A DNA stretch of 64,000 bases from positions 96,001 through 160,000 of the forward strand of contig JAVRCV020000032.1 in assembly GCA_034530615.2 (NCBI GenBank), written 5' to 3'. How positions within the stretch are numbered: position 1 is the stretch's first letter; every line of letters begins with the position of its first letter. The DNA comes from Aulosira sp. ZfuVER01. GTDB lineage: Bacteria > Cyanobacteriota > Cyanobacteriia > Cyanobacteriales > Nostocaceae. The notes under the pieces are model-generated. The model saw nothing but the letters and a program-made list of their open reading frames with translations, did no database searches and was not told the DNA's origin. The translations under genes were made by a program, and so were the position numbers. Shown here in pieces: positions 20,118-30,378 of this stretch.

Positions 20118-20825
20118 TTACACTTTAGCTAGTTCTGGTGTAGGACGTTTACTGTTGCGAATTGCTGTAATTGCCTCAGCATAATCCGGAGCGTTAAATA
20201 CAGCTGAACCAGCAACGATCGCATTAGCTCCAGCTTCCAAAACCTGCCAAGTATTATTGGCTTTGAGTCCGCCATCGACTTCAATCCAAGGATCGAGTCC
20301 GCGTTCATCACACATCTGACGCAACTGGCGAATTTTGGGCACTACAGCTGGAATAAAGCTTTGTCCCCCAAAACCAGGGTTGACGCTCATAATCAGGATT
20401 AAATCGCAGAGTTCCAGTACATACTCAATAAATTCCAAGGGTGTGGAAGGATTAAGTACAACTCCTGCTTTTTTACCCAGTTCTTTAATTTGTCCGAGAG
20501 TGCGGTGCAGGTGCGGCGAAGCATTATGTTCAGCGTGTACGGAGATAATATCAGCACCTGCTTTGGCGAAGCCTTCTACATACTTTTCTGGCTCCACAAT
20601 CATTAAGTGGACATCCAATGGCTTCGTTGTCACCGGGCGAATCGCCTCCACAACCAGAGGACCTATTGTAATATTAGGTACAAAACGACCGTCCATTACA
20701 TCAACATGAATCCAATCTGCTCCCGCAGCGTCAACAGCGCGAACTTCGTCACCTAAACGGCTAAAATCGGCTGATAGGATAGACGGAGCAATCACAATGG
20801 GCTTTTTAGATAGGTTTTGGGTCAT
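20118..20825 (-). CDS. rpe: Ribulose-phosphate 3-epimerase
   Basis: [45 protein letters not shown] at 20825. Confidence 0.97.
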   Translation of the reverse strand: MTQNLSKKPIVIAPSILSADFSRLGDEVRAVDAAGADWIHVDVMDGRFVPNITIGPLVVEAIRPVTTKPLDVHLMIVEPEKYVEGFAKAGADIISVHAEHNASPHLHRTLGQIKELGKKAGVVLNPSTPLEFIEYVLELCDLILIMSVNPGFGGQSFIPAVVPKIRQLRQMCDERGLDPWIEVDGGLKANNTWQVLEAGANAIVAGSAVFNAPDYAEAITAIRNSKRPTPELAKV

Positions 20826-20970
20826 GGTTAGTGGGTTTTCAAGCATCCTCGTCTGTAAGCATTGTAACAAAATATTTAGCAATCGCTCATAAATTTGATC
20901 TTGGTTTTATGAGGGCAAGAGGGATGAGGGGACACGGGGACAAATGACAAATGACAAATAACTATTGACT

Positions 20971-22587
20971 ATGAATAAAAAACTAATTTGGCTATTTTGG
21001 GGACTGAGTGCTTCTTGTTTGAGTGCGCCAGTATTAGCTTCAGCTTTACAATCTTCTTTAGGAACCAACGGTATTGATGCTCTCAGGCTACATCAACCTC
21101 CTTATAATTTAAGCGGTCGCAAGATTGCCATTGGTCAGGTGGAAATTGGGCGTCCGGGAATGTTTGGTTGGGATAAAGCAGTGTCTAAAAATCGTTCTGT
21201 ATCCCTAGCCGGCATTTTCTTACGCAATAGTCCAGCTAAATCAAATAGTGGTGTTGACCCTCATGCTTATAATGTTGCTAGTGTGATGGTTAGTCAAGAT
21301 AAAGCTTTGCCGGGAGTTTCCCCAGAAGCGCGATTGTATTCTTCGGCTGTTGGCTCAACCAAAAACATGGGACAACCAGAAGAGTGTTTATCGGCACAAC
21401 ACATTGCACTTCAAAATTCTGGTGATATTCGTGCCATTAATTTTAGTTTTGGTGAACCTCTAAACCGCGATCCGCGTCCTGAAGCTATTTTAGATGGAAA
21501 TGCTTTACTTACCCTCTGTATTGATTGGTCTAGCCGTGTTCATGATGTCTTGTATGCGATCGCAGGCAACCAGGGGAAAGGCGGTATTCCTATTCCTACA
21601 GATAATTTTAATGGAGTAAACGTGGCTTTTTCATCCCGCCGAGAAGGGATTTTTAATAAAGTTGACGTTTCTAACCTCGCAAGTGCTTACCAGAGAGTAG
21701 GCGGTAGGCTAGCTGGGAAGGAGTTTAATATTGGTGGGCGTGGTGCTATCAGTTTAGTTGCGCCTGGTAATAATATATCTCTGCTCAATCCCGATGGTAA
21801 AGTCAATAAGGTTACGGGTACAAGTTTTGCCGCACCTCACGTTACAGGTACTGTAGCTTTATTACAGGAATTTGGCGATCGCCAGTTGCGCACCCAACAA
21901 CCTCACTGGAGTATCGATTCTCGCCGTCACCAGGTAATGAAAGCTGTATTGCTCAATTCCGCAGACAAGCTTAAAGACAGCGGTGATGGCTTGCGCTTAG
22001 GAATGACCCGAACAATTATTGATAAACAAAATCAAGATTGGCTTGCTTCTAATGCTTATCAAGACCCAAAAATTCCCTTAGATTCCCAAATCGGAGCCGG
22101 CCATTTAAATGCATTTCGCGCTTATCAGCAATTTAGCGCAGGTCAATGGCAACCATCAACTCCTGTACCTGCTATTGGTTGGGATTACCGGATAGTGAAT
22201 ACGCTTGCGCCTGTAGAATATGGGCTAGCAAAACCTTTAAAACAAGGAAGTTTTGTCGCGATTACTTTGACTTGGGACCGATTGGTAGAGCTAGATGATA
22301 AGAATAAAAATGAGCTTTATGATATCGGAGATACATTCCGCGATCGCGGTTTGAATAACCTCGACCTCTATCTGGTAAAAACTGATGCTCAAAATCCAGA
22401 TGCTGGTACTGTTTGTTCGTCAATTAGCCAAGTTGATAGTGTAGAACACATTTTTTGTCCTATTCCTGCTAATGGGAATTACAAAATCCGCGTCCAAATG
22501 CGCCAACAAGTCAACGAAGCCACTCAACCCTACGCTTTAGCTTGGTGGACTGTACCTGTTAGTTCTATTGGGGAATTTAAAAAATAA
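20971..22587 (+). CDS. Secreted S8 (subtilase) family serine peptidase
   Basis: Signal peptide; DPHAYNVA (His), AIAGN (oxyanion Asn), GTSFAAPHV (Ser), C-terminal NNLDLYL beta domain. Confidence 0.87.
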   Translation: MNKKLIWLFWGLSASCLSAPVLASALQSSLGTNGIDALRLHQPPYNLSGRKIAIGQVEIGRPGMFGWDKAVSKNRSVSLAGIFLRNSPAKSNSGVDPHAYNVASVMVSQDKALPGVSPEARLYSSAVGSTKNMGQPEECLSAQHIALQNSGDIRAINFSFGEPLNRDPRPEAILDGNALLTLCIDWSSRVHDVLYAIAGNQGKGGIPIPTDNFNGVNVAFSSRREGIFNKVDVSNLASAYQRVGGRLAGKEFNIGGRGAISLVAPGNNISLLNPDGKVNKVTGTSFAAPHVTGTVALLQEFGDRQLRTQQPHWSIDSRRHQVMKAVLLNSADKLKDSGDGLRLGMTRTIIDKQNQDWLASNAYQDPKIPLDSQIGAGHLNAFRAYQQFSAGQWQPSTPVPAIGWDYRIVNTLAPVEYGLAKPLKQGSFVAITLTWDRLVELDDKNKNELYDIGDTFRDRGLNNLDLYLVKTDAQNPDAGTVCSSISQVDSVEHIFCPIPANGNYKIRVQMRQQVNEATQPYALAWWTVPVSSIGEFKK

Positions 22588-23246
22588 ATAGGGTTAAGGT
22601 TCGAGGGTCAAGGGTCAATAGGTAATAGTGATTTTTATTTCTCCCTAATCTACCTCATCCTCCTTGTCCCCTGCTCCCTGCTCTGTCTTCCTTGTCTTCA
22701 CAATTTTGTAGTTAGCAATTTAGTACTTTAAAAGATAATGAGGGGTTTTACCCAACATACTGTTATGCTGAACATCTGCTATTGAGTAAATCATTAGGTG
22801 GGTTACTACTTTTTTCAATTCTGCAAACAATTACCAACGCATTTATCCAGGCAAAATTTAGCGATAGGTAAAAAGTATTTATACTTGTTCTAGGATAGCA
22901 AAGTCTCCCTCACACGAGAGAAGCTTTGCATAGAATTCAAAACCAAATTATTAAATTTATTGATTGCTAAAAACCCAAAGCCAAGTAACCATTCTTTTTT
23001 TGTAGTTTAAAATACTTTTATCGAAAAATCAGGAAATAATTAATAATCAATTATGTGTATTGCCTATTCAATTAGCCAAGAGTAGCTTGCACAAGTTCCA
23101 TTGAATTCATGCAAATGATTTGCTGTTACCAAAACTGTAACAGCCCAGTTATTTTGCCGTTTGAAATGCCATAGTTAACAATTGATACGTCATTAGCGTC
23201 AATCTTAAAAGACGGCTAAAAAATCTATGGCGAACGAGGTGGCAGA

Positions 23247-24575
23247 ATGACTCAGCAGAAATTTAGTGGTGTGAAAGACAATTTCTTGCAAAGACGTTAC
23301 GGTGTTCGGTTAGGAAGACGTTATGTGCTGGCGGCTGCTGGCGTTGTACTTTTGGGTGTATTAGGCTGTTCTCATGTCAATGGCGATCCGAGTGCAATGG
23401 CCCAATCTAGTTTGCCTAATTCAGAGTTACCCTTGTCAAAAAAAACTGCTGCCCCCGATCCAAAATTAGTTAATGCTAACAATAAATTTGGCTTCAAACT
23501 ATTTTCGGAAGTTCAAAGAAACGAAAGTAGTGAAAAGAACGTTTTTGTTTCTCCTTCGAGTGTAGCGATCGCTTTGGCTATGACCTACAATGGCGCTAGC
23601 GGCTCTACACAAAAAGCTATGGCGAAAACCCTGGAATTACAGGGTATGAATTTGTCAGAAATTAACTCATCTTACGCAGCATTAAAGCAGCTGTTAGAAA
23701 ATCCTGATGCTAACGTCAAACTGACTATTGCTAACTCGCTTTGGGCTAATAAAGACGCTACATTACAGCCAGATTTTCTCCAGAAAAACCAGGAATTCTA
23801 TAAAGCTCAGGTAACAAATTTAAATTTTCAAGATGCGGGAGCACCCAATACTATCAATAATTGGGTCAAAGATAATACCCAAGGAAAAATCAACAAAATA
23901 GTTGATAGGATTGAGCCAGATCAGATGCTATTTCTAATTAACGCTATATATTTTAAAGGACAATGGAGCAACGAATTTAATAAAAGCAAAACTGCTACAT
24001 TGCCTTTTTATCTAGCATCTGGCAAACAAAAACAACACCCAATGATGTCGCAAGATGGTGACTATAGATACCAAGAAAATGAAAAATTTCAAGCAGTAAG
24101 TTTACCTTATGGCAAAGATGGTAAAGTCAGCTTTTATATCTTTCTGCCTAAACAAAACTCCAACCTACAAGCCTTCTATCAAAACTTGAATGCTGAAAAC
24201 TGGGAAAAATGGATGACTCAATTCCGGCGGCGGGAAGGATCGATTCGTTTACCTCGGTTTAAAACAGACTACGACGTTACCCTCAACGATGCATTAAAAG
24301 CTTTAGGTATGGGGGAAGCTTTTACCAAACAAGCTAATTTCTCTGGTATCGGTAAAAACCTGGCAATTAGCCAGGTGATGCATAAAACCTTTGTGGAAGT
24401 CAACGAAGAGGGCACTGAAGCCGCAGCCGCAACTTCAGTAGGAATAGTGGCAACATCTGCTACTCAAAAACCAGAACCATTCAAAATGATTGTTGACCGT
24501 CCCTTCTTTTGTGCTATTCGGGATAATCAGACAGGTAGCGTGTTGTTTATGGGTTCAATTATGGAACCGCAGTAA
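23247..24575 (+). CDS. Serpin (serine protease inhibitor), probable lipoprotein
   Basis: NVFVSPSS, INNWVKDNTQGKI, LINAIYFKGQW, hinge EEGTEAAAAT, DRPFF; lipobox-like VLGC. Confidence 0.95.
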   Translation: MTQQKFSGVKDNFLQRRYGVRLGRRYVLAAAGVVLLGVLGCSHVNGDPSAMAQSSLPNSELPLSKKTAAPDPKLVNANNKFGFKLFSEVQRNESSEKNVFVSPSSVAIALAMTYNGASGSTQKAMAKTLELQGMNLSEINSSYAALKQLLENPDANVKLTIANSLWANKDATLQPDFLQKNQEFYKAQVTNLNFQDAGAPNTINNWVKDNTQGKINKIVDRIEPDQMLFLINAIYFKGQWSNEFNKSKTATLPFYLASGKQKQHPMMSQDGDYRYQENEKFQAVSLPYGKDGKVSFYIFLPKQNSNLQAFYQNLNAENWEKWMTQFRRREGSIRLPRFKTDYDVTLNDALKALGMGEAFTKQANFSGIGKNLAISQVMHKTFVEVNEEGTEAAAATSVGIVATSATQKPEPFKMIVDRPFFCAIRDNQTGSVLFMGSIMEPQ

Positions 24576-24577
24576 AC

Positions 24578-24608
24578 AATTCAAAATTCAAAATTCAAAA
24601 TTCAAAAT
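24578..24608. repeat. Heptamer tandem repeat (AATTCAA)x4
   Basis: Directly visible between the serpin and AI-2E genes; its reverse complement occurs at 63323-63347. Confidence 0.85.
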
Positions 24609-24657
24609 AATTGCTTTTGAATGAACCTTCTACACATCTGACTTCTGCCTTCTTACA

Positions 24658-25836
24658 CTACGGTGAAGTAGCTTCTGATACGCTCAGGGGATTTTTCGCT
24701 TCAGCTTTTGGGGATACTTCTGGTGCAACAGGTGCAGCTATTTCCCCGGAATTGGCATACTCATCATTATCGCCGCTCAGTGCCACAGGACGTATGACAC
24801 TGATAGCGGTTTTAATCACTACAGCAGTGGGTACTGCCACAATTACACCTAGAAGACCCCCAATTCTCGCCCCTGTCAATACTGAAATTACTACCAAAGC
24901 TGGGTTTAAACCTGTAAAGCTCCCTAAAATCCGGGGAGCAATTAAATTTTCTAGAATTTGCTGGACGATAACTGCTGCCATTAAAACTCTTGCCCCCATC
25001 CAGAAATCTTGTAGCGACACCAATAAAGTAGTCAGGGCAATGCCGACAGAACCGCCAAAGGGGACGAGAGCCATGATGCCAATAGTTAAGCCAAATAACA
25101 AGCCAAATGGCACTTTTAACCACAAAAATGTGGGGATGAGAGCTGATGCCATACAGGTAGATAAAATCAGCTGAGTGATAAAGAAATTTTGAAAGCTCAG
25201 GCGTACTGTTTGAGAGAAAGGCTCACGAAATCTCGAGGGTAGCCATTCTACTAAACTTTGCCAGAGTTCACCCCCATGCTGTAAAAGATAGAAAGTCAAA
25301 ATCATTGTCAAGACGAAATCTAGCAAACTAGTGACTGTAACTACAGCTAGATTTAAAACTTGTCCAGCGATCGCTTGCAATTGTCCCTTGACGCGATCGT
25401 TAATTTGCACAACTAGAGCATCAAGATTAATCGGTAAGCCAAAAACTTCTGCTTTCTCGTTTAACAGCATTAACTGGGAACGTCCCGAGTCAATCAACTC
25501 TGGTAAGCGAGCCACTAGTTGCTGTGCTTGAGTAAGGGCTAGCGGAAACAGGGTGACACCCAACGCTAATAAAATTGATAAAGCCAATAAAAAGACTAAA
25601 ATAGCAACCGGCTCTCGCCTAGCACCGTGACGCTCCATCCAGCTAACGGGGTAGTTGAGCAGAAATGCTAGCACTGAGGCTCCGACTAAAATAACTATCA
25701 AGGAATGGAAATAACTAAAAATTGACGAAATTGCCCAACCATTAAGCACTAACAGCGGAATGAATAACGCGATCGCTCCGATCCGCGCTATGGGTGTTAG
25801 TGTTTCCCACCAGTCGAGTAGCTTGCGTGTCTGCAT
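24658..25836 (-). CDS. AI-2E family transporter
   Basis: LAFLLNYPV, LVPFGG, QQILENLIAPRILG, GLNP and GLLGVIVAVP motifs; multiple TM helices. Confidence 0.92.
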   Translation of the reverse strand: MQTRKLLDWWETLTPIARIGAIALFIPLLVLNGWAISSIFSYFHSLIVILVGASVLAFLLNYPVSWMERHGARREPVAILVFLLALSILLALGVTLFPLALTQAQQLVARLPELIDSGRSQLMLLNEKAEVFGLPINLDALVVQINDRVKGQLQAIAGQVLNLAVVTVTSLLDFVLTMILTFYLLQHGGELWQSLVEWLPSRFREPFSQTVRLSFQNFFITQLILSTCMASALIPTFLWLKVPFGLLFGLTIGIMALVPFGGSVGIALTTLLVSLQDFWMGARVLMAAVIVQQILENLIAPRILGSFTGLNPALVVISVLTGARIGGLLGVIVAVPTAVVIKTAISVIRPVALSGDNDEYANSGEIAAPVAPEVSPKAEAKNPLSVSEATSP

Positions 25837-25945
25837 CTTTAGCCGATTACAGGATAGAACTAAATAAAAATCCTTCTTTACAGCTTATTATCTCTAACTA
25901 CATAACTCTCATTCATCCTCCTAGTTTAGGATTAGACTCAACCAA

Positions 25946-26425
25946 ATGGAAAATTTTCAATCAAATCACAATTCACCTGCATCTGAGTCAAGAGATGGGG
26001 AGACAAGGGGACACGGAGACGCGGTGAAAGGATTCTCCGCGTCTTCATCATCCCAATTCCTCGACCCCGATCAAAACTCAGCCACCCCTAAAACCGAGCT
26101 GCTTATCTATCTGATTCCAGTGATTGGCTTTTTCCCCTCTTTGTGGACTCTCTATCGCCGTCAAGGAAGTCGGGAACAACTAGCTGCTAGCCGCCTGTCT
26201 ATTACTTTGGCATTTACCTGGTTTTTGGGATATCTTTTATTAGCAACCGGGGCTGAGACTTCAGAATTTTTGGGACTGCGACTATTAATCCTCAATACTT
26301 TTCTCACTTCTGGGTACTTTTTAGTGAGTGTTTGGTTGATTTTTCGTCTCATTCAGGGCAAATCTAGCCGTTTGCCAGGGTTTAGTCGGGTTGCCGAGCG
26401 AGTGGTTGGGAAGTATTTATCTTAA
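25946..26425 (+). CDS. Hypothetical membrane protein
   Basis: YLIPVIGFFPSLWTLY followed by two TM helices. Confidence 0.75.
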   Translation: MENFQSNHNSPASESRDGETRGHGDAVKGFSASSSSQFLDPDQNSATPKTELLIYLIPVIGFFPSLWTLYRRQGSREQLAASRLSITLAFTWFLGYLLLATGAETSEFLGLRLLILNTFLTSGYFLVSVWLIFRLIQGKSSRLPGFSRVAERVVGKYLS

Positions 26426-26701
26426 TGTCTAAGTAATAATTAGGTCAGTAGTTTTACTTAATTCTTTCGCAAATTCGAGATTATATCTCAAGGGATCTGG
26501 TCAAAGTCCTTTATTGTTGTCATACTGCAATAACACATCATCCAATTTGTCGAAAAAAAAGAAAAAGACTGCTATAAGTGTTGTGGTTGACACAACAATG
26601 AAAAAGTTAGCACTAATAATTAAGAATTAGCTATTATGGTTTGATTTGTCTGCATATTTATTAGTCTGCAAATGTACCGAATTTGATCAGTAAGTGTGAG
26701 G

Positions 26702-28132
26702 ATGTCTGTGACCACTCAAAGAACTTCGGCGGAAGAGAACCCTTCGGCAAACGTTGCCAAAGATAACAAAAAAAAGCCCCAAAATTCTAAATCAGGACGT
26801 TGGTTGTGGTTTTGGGTAGGTATGAGCGGTATTGCGATGGTTTCAGCTACAGCAGGAGCGCTGTTGGCCGTTTCTTTAACCAGTACGCCTTTACAACAAG
26901 CCCAACTTAGCCCCCAAGAAGAAGCAGTATTCGATGGCGATCGCATTTCTGGCGGTGGGTTGCGATTTTCCGAATTAACTCGCCCTGTAAATATCTTAAT
27001 TATGGGGATGAGCGTACTCCCACCTGATATTCAAAATCCTCCCGCCGACACCAAAAATCTACGTTACCTACCTCAGGTCAACTCTTTTGATGGTCTTGCT
27101 GATGTCATGCTCTTGATCAAATTTGATCCAGAGACAAAAAAAATGACTATGCTTTCTATTCCCAGAGATACCCGCACACAAATAGAAGGGTATGGCGTGA
27201 AAAAAATTAATCATGCCAATATGGAAGGCGGGCCAGCTTTAACTGCCAAAACCGTCAGCAATCTTTTAAATGGAGTAGCAATCGATCGCTATATCCGAAT
27301 TAACGTTTTGGGAGTTGCTAAATTAATTGATGCTTTGGGCGGCGTTACAGCCTACGTCCCCAAAGATATGAAGTATCAAGATGATTCCCAGCATTTGTAC
27401 ATCAATTTGAAAGCAGGCAAACAGCATCTTAATGGCGATCAAGCACTGCAATTATTAAGGTTTCGCCATGATGAACTCGGAGATATTGGGCGGATTCAGC
27501 GGCAACAAATGGTACTCCGTGCTTTGATGGATCAGTCACTTAACTTGGGAACTGTGGCTAAATTGCCAAAAGTGCTTGATGTAGTTAAAGAACACATAGA
27601 TACTAACTTGACTGTCGAAGAGTTGGCAGCATTAGTAGGTTTTGGAGCGCGCACCAATCGCTCAAATATGCAGATGTTAATGGTTCCAGGTCGCTTTAGC
27701 GAGAAAGGTGAATTTGATGCTAGCTATTGGTTGCCAAACAGAAGTGCGATTGCCAAATTAATGGCACAACACTATGGTGTAGAATCAACGCAAGCACAAG
27801 AACAGCAAACTATTGAACCGAGTTCTGTGCGTGTAGCAATTCAAGATAGTACAGGTAGTGATTTCGCTACTCTACGGCCTTTAATCAAATCGTTAGAAAA
27901 AGCTGGATATCGCAATATTTATGTATCTAAGCCTTGGAGTGAACCTCTAGACGTAACTCACATTGTTGCTCAACAAGGTGATGGCAATAGCGCTACATCA
28001 ATTCGCGATATTTTGGGATTTGGCGAAGTACGTGTGGAAAGCACTGGTAATCTCGGTTCTGATATCAGTATTCAAGTGGGTCAGGATTGGTTACAACAAA
28101 AAGCTCTTCTAGAGAAATCTGCTCAACCTTGA
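26702..28132 (+). CDS. LCP (LytR-CpsA-Psr) family protein with C-terminal LytR_C-like domain
   Basis: N-terminal TM, SIPRDT, KINHA, LLRFRHDELGDIGRIQRQQ, TNL; start could be 26696, 26702 or 26708. Confidence 0.92.
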   Translation: MSVTTQRTSAEENPSANVAKDNKKKPQNSKSGRWLWFWVGMSGIAMVSATAGALLAVSLTSTPLQQAQLSPQEEAVFDGDRISGGGLRFSELTRPVNILIMGMSVLPPDIQNPPADTKNLRYLPQVNSFDGLADVMLLIKFDPETKKMTMLSIPRDTRTQIEGYGVKKINHANMEGGPALTAKTVSNLLNGVAIDRYIRINVLGVAKLIDALGGVTAYVPKDMKYQDDSQHLYINLKAGKQHLNGDQALQLLRFRHDELGDIGRIQRQQMVLRALMDQSLNLGTVAKLPKVLDVVKEHIDTNLTVEELAALVGFGARTNRSNMQMLMVPGRFSEKGEFDASYWLPNRSAIAKLMAQHYGVESTQAQEQQTIEPSSVRVAIQDSTGSDFATLRPLIKSLEKAGYRNIYVSKPWSEPLDVTHIVAQQGDGNSATSIRDILGFGEVRVESTGNLGSDISIQVGQDWLQQKALLEKSAQP

Positions 28133-28298
28133 GCTTGAATCTGACTCTGATGATGCAACAGTGATTAGTCTTTAATTATCAAGCTGCACTACTTAAATTA
28201 AAATTTGATTCTTGTTACGTTTCATGCCAACTTAGGCAAAATTCAAAAATGTTAATTCTCTCAAGGGTTAGACATACTGAATATCAGCATCATTAAAC

Positions 28299-28329
28299 AA
28301 AAAGGCGTGGGGAAAAACCTCACGCCTTT
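28299..28329 (-). terminator. Intrinsic terminator downstream of the 50-aa ORF
   Basis: AAAGGCGTGGGG / CCTCACGCCTTT stem; the A-run on + is a U-tract on the - strand. Confidence 0.7.
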
Positions 28330-28372
28330 AGTTTATTAATTTCAAAATATCTCCTTGTAACTAATCTATTAT

Positions 28373-28525
28373 TTACCAATAATCTGCCATACCTTTTCTG
28401 TAAGGATCGCCTGTAAATGGTTGAACACCAATCACAGGATAAGCATCATCATTAGGGCCAAAAATTCGCATTGCAGCTTCAGAAATAAACTGGGTTATGC
28501 TAGCGATGATTCTGGAAATAGCCAT
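28373..28525 (-). CDS. Small 50-aa protein (below the ORF-track cutoff)
   Basis: MAISRIIASITQFISEAAMRIFGPNDDAYPVIGVQPFTGDPYRKGMADYW; AAGGGG RBS and its own terminator. Confidence 0.8.
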   Translation of the reverse strand: MAISRIIASITQFISEAAMRIFGPNDDAYPVIGVQPFTGDPYRKGMADYW

Positions 28526-28897
28526 AATCTTAACCCCTTTTTAGAGTCGCTTTAATTGGTGATGTCTATACTTTAGTCTGATATGAGGTCCTAGCTTAAA
28601 TCCTCAATATATCAACAATCTCTGCAATAATTTTTCAGATATGTTTGCAATACTTAAGCTTATTTGTGAGTTTGACTTCTCTGTTTAATTCTAATTGTAA
28701 ATCAGCTATTTTTTAAACCCTACTCTTACAAAGATGCTGCTAATTTTTACGGGAAACTATCGTTACATTTCATTATACTTCTGGCAAGTAACTTTCTATA
28801 TTATTAGTTATAACTATTAAAAAATATTAAATAAACTATGAAAATTAGATTAATCTGACGCTATATTCCCAATAAATTGGAGAAACTCACCAATGGC

Positions 28898-28930
28898 TTG
28901 ACATTATTTATGGTGAAAGTTACCATAAAT
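28898..28930 (+). promoter_or_regulatory. Sigma70-type promoter overlapped by an NrtR operator
   Basis: TTGACA (28898-28903), 17 bp, TACCAT (28921-28926); perfect 9-bp arms ATTTATGGT-N7-ACCATAAAT match the GT-N7-AC core of NrtR sites. Confidence 0.85.
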
Positions 28931-28961
28931 ATAACAAGCATTCTTGTAAGGACGCTCGGGC

Positions 28962-30377
28962 ATGACTACTTTCCCGGACTTGGAGAGATATACAAACAAT
29001 CAACAACAGCAAAGTTACCTTAACCAGGAACTGAATTTTGCTGCTGAGGATTACAGCCTTTTGACTGACCTTTATCAATTAACGATGGCAGCTTGTTACA
29101 CAGGTGAAGGTGTAGAGCAAAAACAAGCCAGCTTTGAATTATTTGTCAGGAAGTTACCAGAGGGTTTTGGCTATTTAATTGCAATGGGGCTAACGCAAGC
29201 CTTGGAATATTTGCAAAAATTGCGTTTTAGTTCCTCTCAGATAGCAGCCTTACAAGCGACAGGAATTTTTGCCCATGCGAGCGATCGCTTTTGGTCATTG
29301 CTAGCCGCAGGGTGTTTTACTGGAGATGTATGGGCAGTACCCGAAGGAACCGCCGTGTTTGCCAATCAGCCATTGCTGCGGATTGAAGCACCACTTTGGC
29401 AAGCACAACTAGTAGAAACCTATTTATTAAATACGATTAATTATCAAACTTTAATTGCCACCAGAGCAGCAAGAATCAGGGATGTAGCAGGAGAACAAGC
29501 AACACTTTTAGAATTTGGCACAAGAAGGGCATTTAGTCCTCAAGGTTCATTGTGGGCGGCGCGGGCGGCGTTAGCAGGGGGATTAGATTCAACTTCTAAT
29601 GTGTTAGCCGCGCTACAACTCCACCAAAAGCCAAGTGGTACGATGGCTCACGCCTTAGTTATGGCACTATCAGCAATGGAAGGTACTGAAGCACAAGCTT
29701 TTAGCGCATTTCATCGATATTTTCCGGGTGCGCCATTGTTGATTGATACTTACGATACGATCGCTGCTGCCCAAAAGTTAGCTCAAAAAGTAAATTCTGG
29801 TGAAATGCATTTGACTGGAGTGAGGTTAGACTCTGGAGATTTGGTGAGTTTGTCCAAACAAGTGCGATCGCTCCTTCCTAGCGTGACAATTTTTGCTAGT
29901 GGCGATTTGGATGAGTGGGAAATTGCCAGATTAAAAGCAGAGGGTGCGGAAATTGATGGCTATGGATTAGGTACAAAGCTAGTTACGGGTACGCCTGTTA
30001 ATGGTGTTTATAAACTTGTAGACATTGATGGTATCCCCGTCATGAAAGAATCCCGTGACAAAGCTACCTATCCCGGACGCAAGCAAATTTTTCGCTCGTT
30101 TGCCGGAGGGACAATCAAAGTAGATAGATTGGGATTAGCTACGGAAATGCCTTTGGGCGAAGAACCTTTGTTGCAACTGGTGATGAAAGCAGGGAAACAT
30201 CTGCAACCGCCAGAGTCTTTAGCAACAATTCGCCAACGTACCGCAGCCTCGGTTGCTAGTTTACCGCCGGAAACACGACGCTTAGATCGTCCTGTATCGG
30301 TGAATGTGGAAATTTCTGCCGCATTACAAGAGTTGACACAAAAGACTCACAAACGAATCGCAGAGGCACAGAAGTAA
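28962..30377 (+). CDS. pncB: Nicotinate phosphoribosyltransferase
   Basis: LLTDLYQLTM, EFGTRRA, GTMAH, LIDTYD, GVRLDSGD, GVYKL. Confidence 0.95.
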   Translation: MTTFPDLERYTNNQQQQSYLNQELNFAAEDYSLLTDLYQLTMAACYTGEGVEQKQASFELFVRKLPEGFGYLIAMGLTQALEYLQKLRFSSSQIAALQATGIFAHASDRFWSLLAAGCFTGDVWAVPEGTAVFANQPLLRIEAPLWQAQLVETYLLNTINYQTLIATRAARIRDVAGEQATLLEFGTRRAFSPQGSLWAARAALAGGLDSTSNVLAALQLHQKPSGTMAHALVMALSAMEGTEAQAFSAFHRYFPGAPLLIDTYDTIAAAQKLAQKVNSGEMHLTGVRLDSGDLVSLSKQVRSLLPSVTIFASGDLDEWEIARLKAEGAEIDGYGLGTKLVTGTPVNGVYKLVDIDGIPVMKESRDKATYPGRKQIFRSFAGGTIKVDRLGLATEMPLGEEPLLQLVMKAGKHLQPPESLATIRQRTAASVASLPPETRRLDRPVSVNVEISAALQELTQKTHKRIAEAQK

Positions 30378-30378
30378 A

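Noticed and set aside
24611..25174. 187-aa plus-strand ORF
   Set aside because: Antisense shadow of the AI-2E transporter; the same applies to the many short antisense ORFs within long genes
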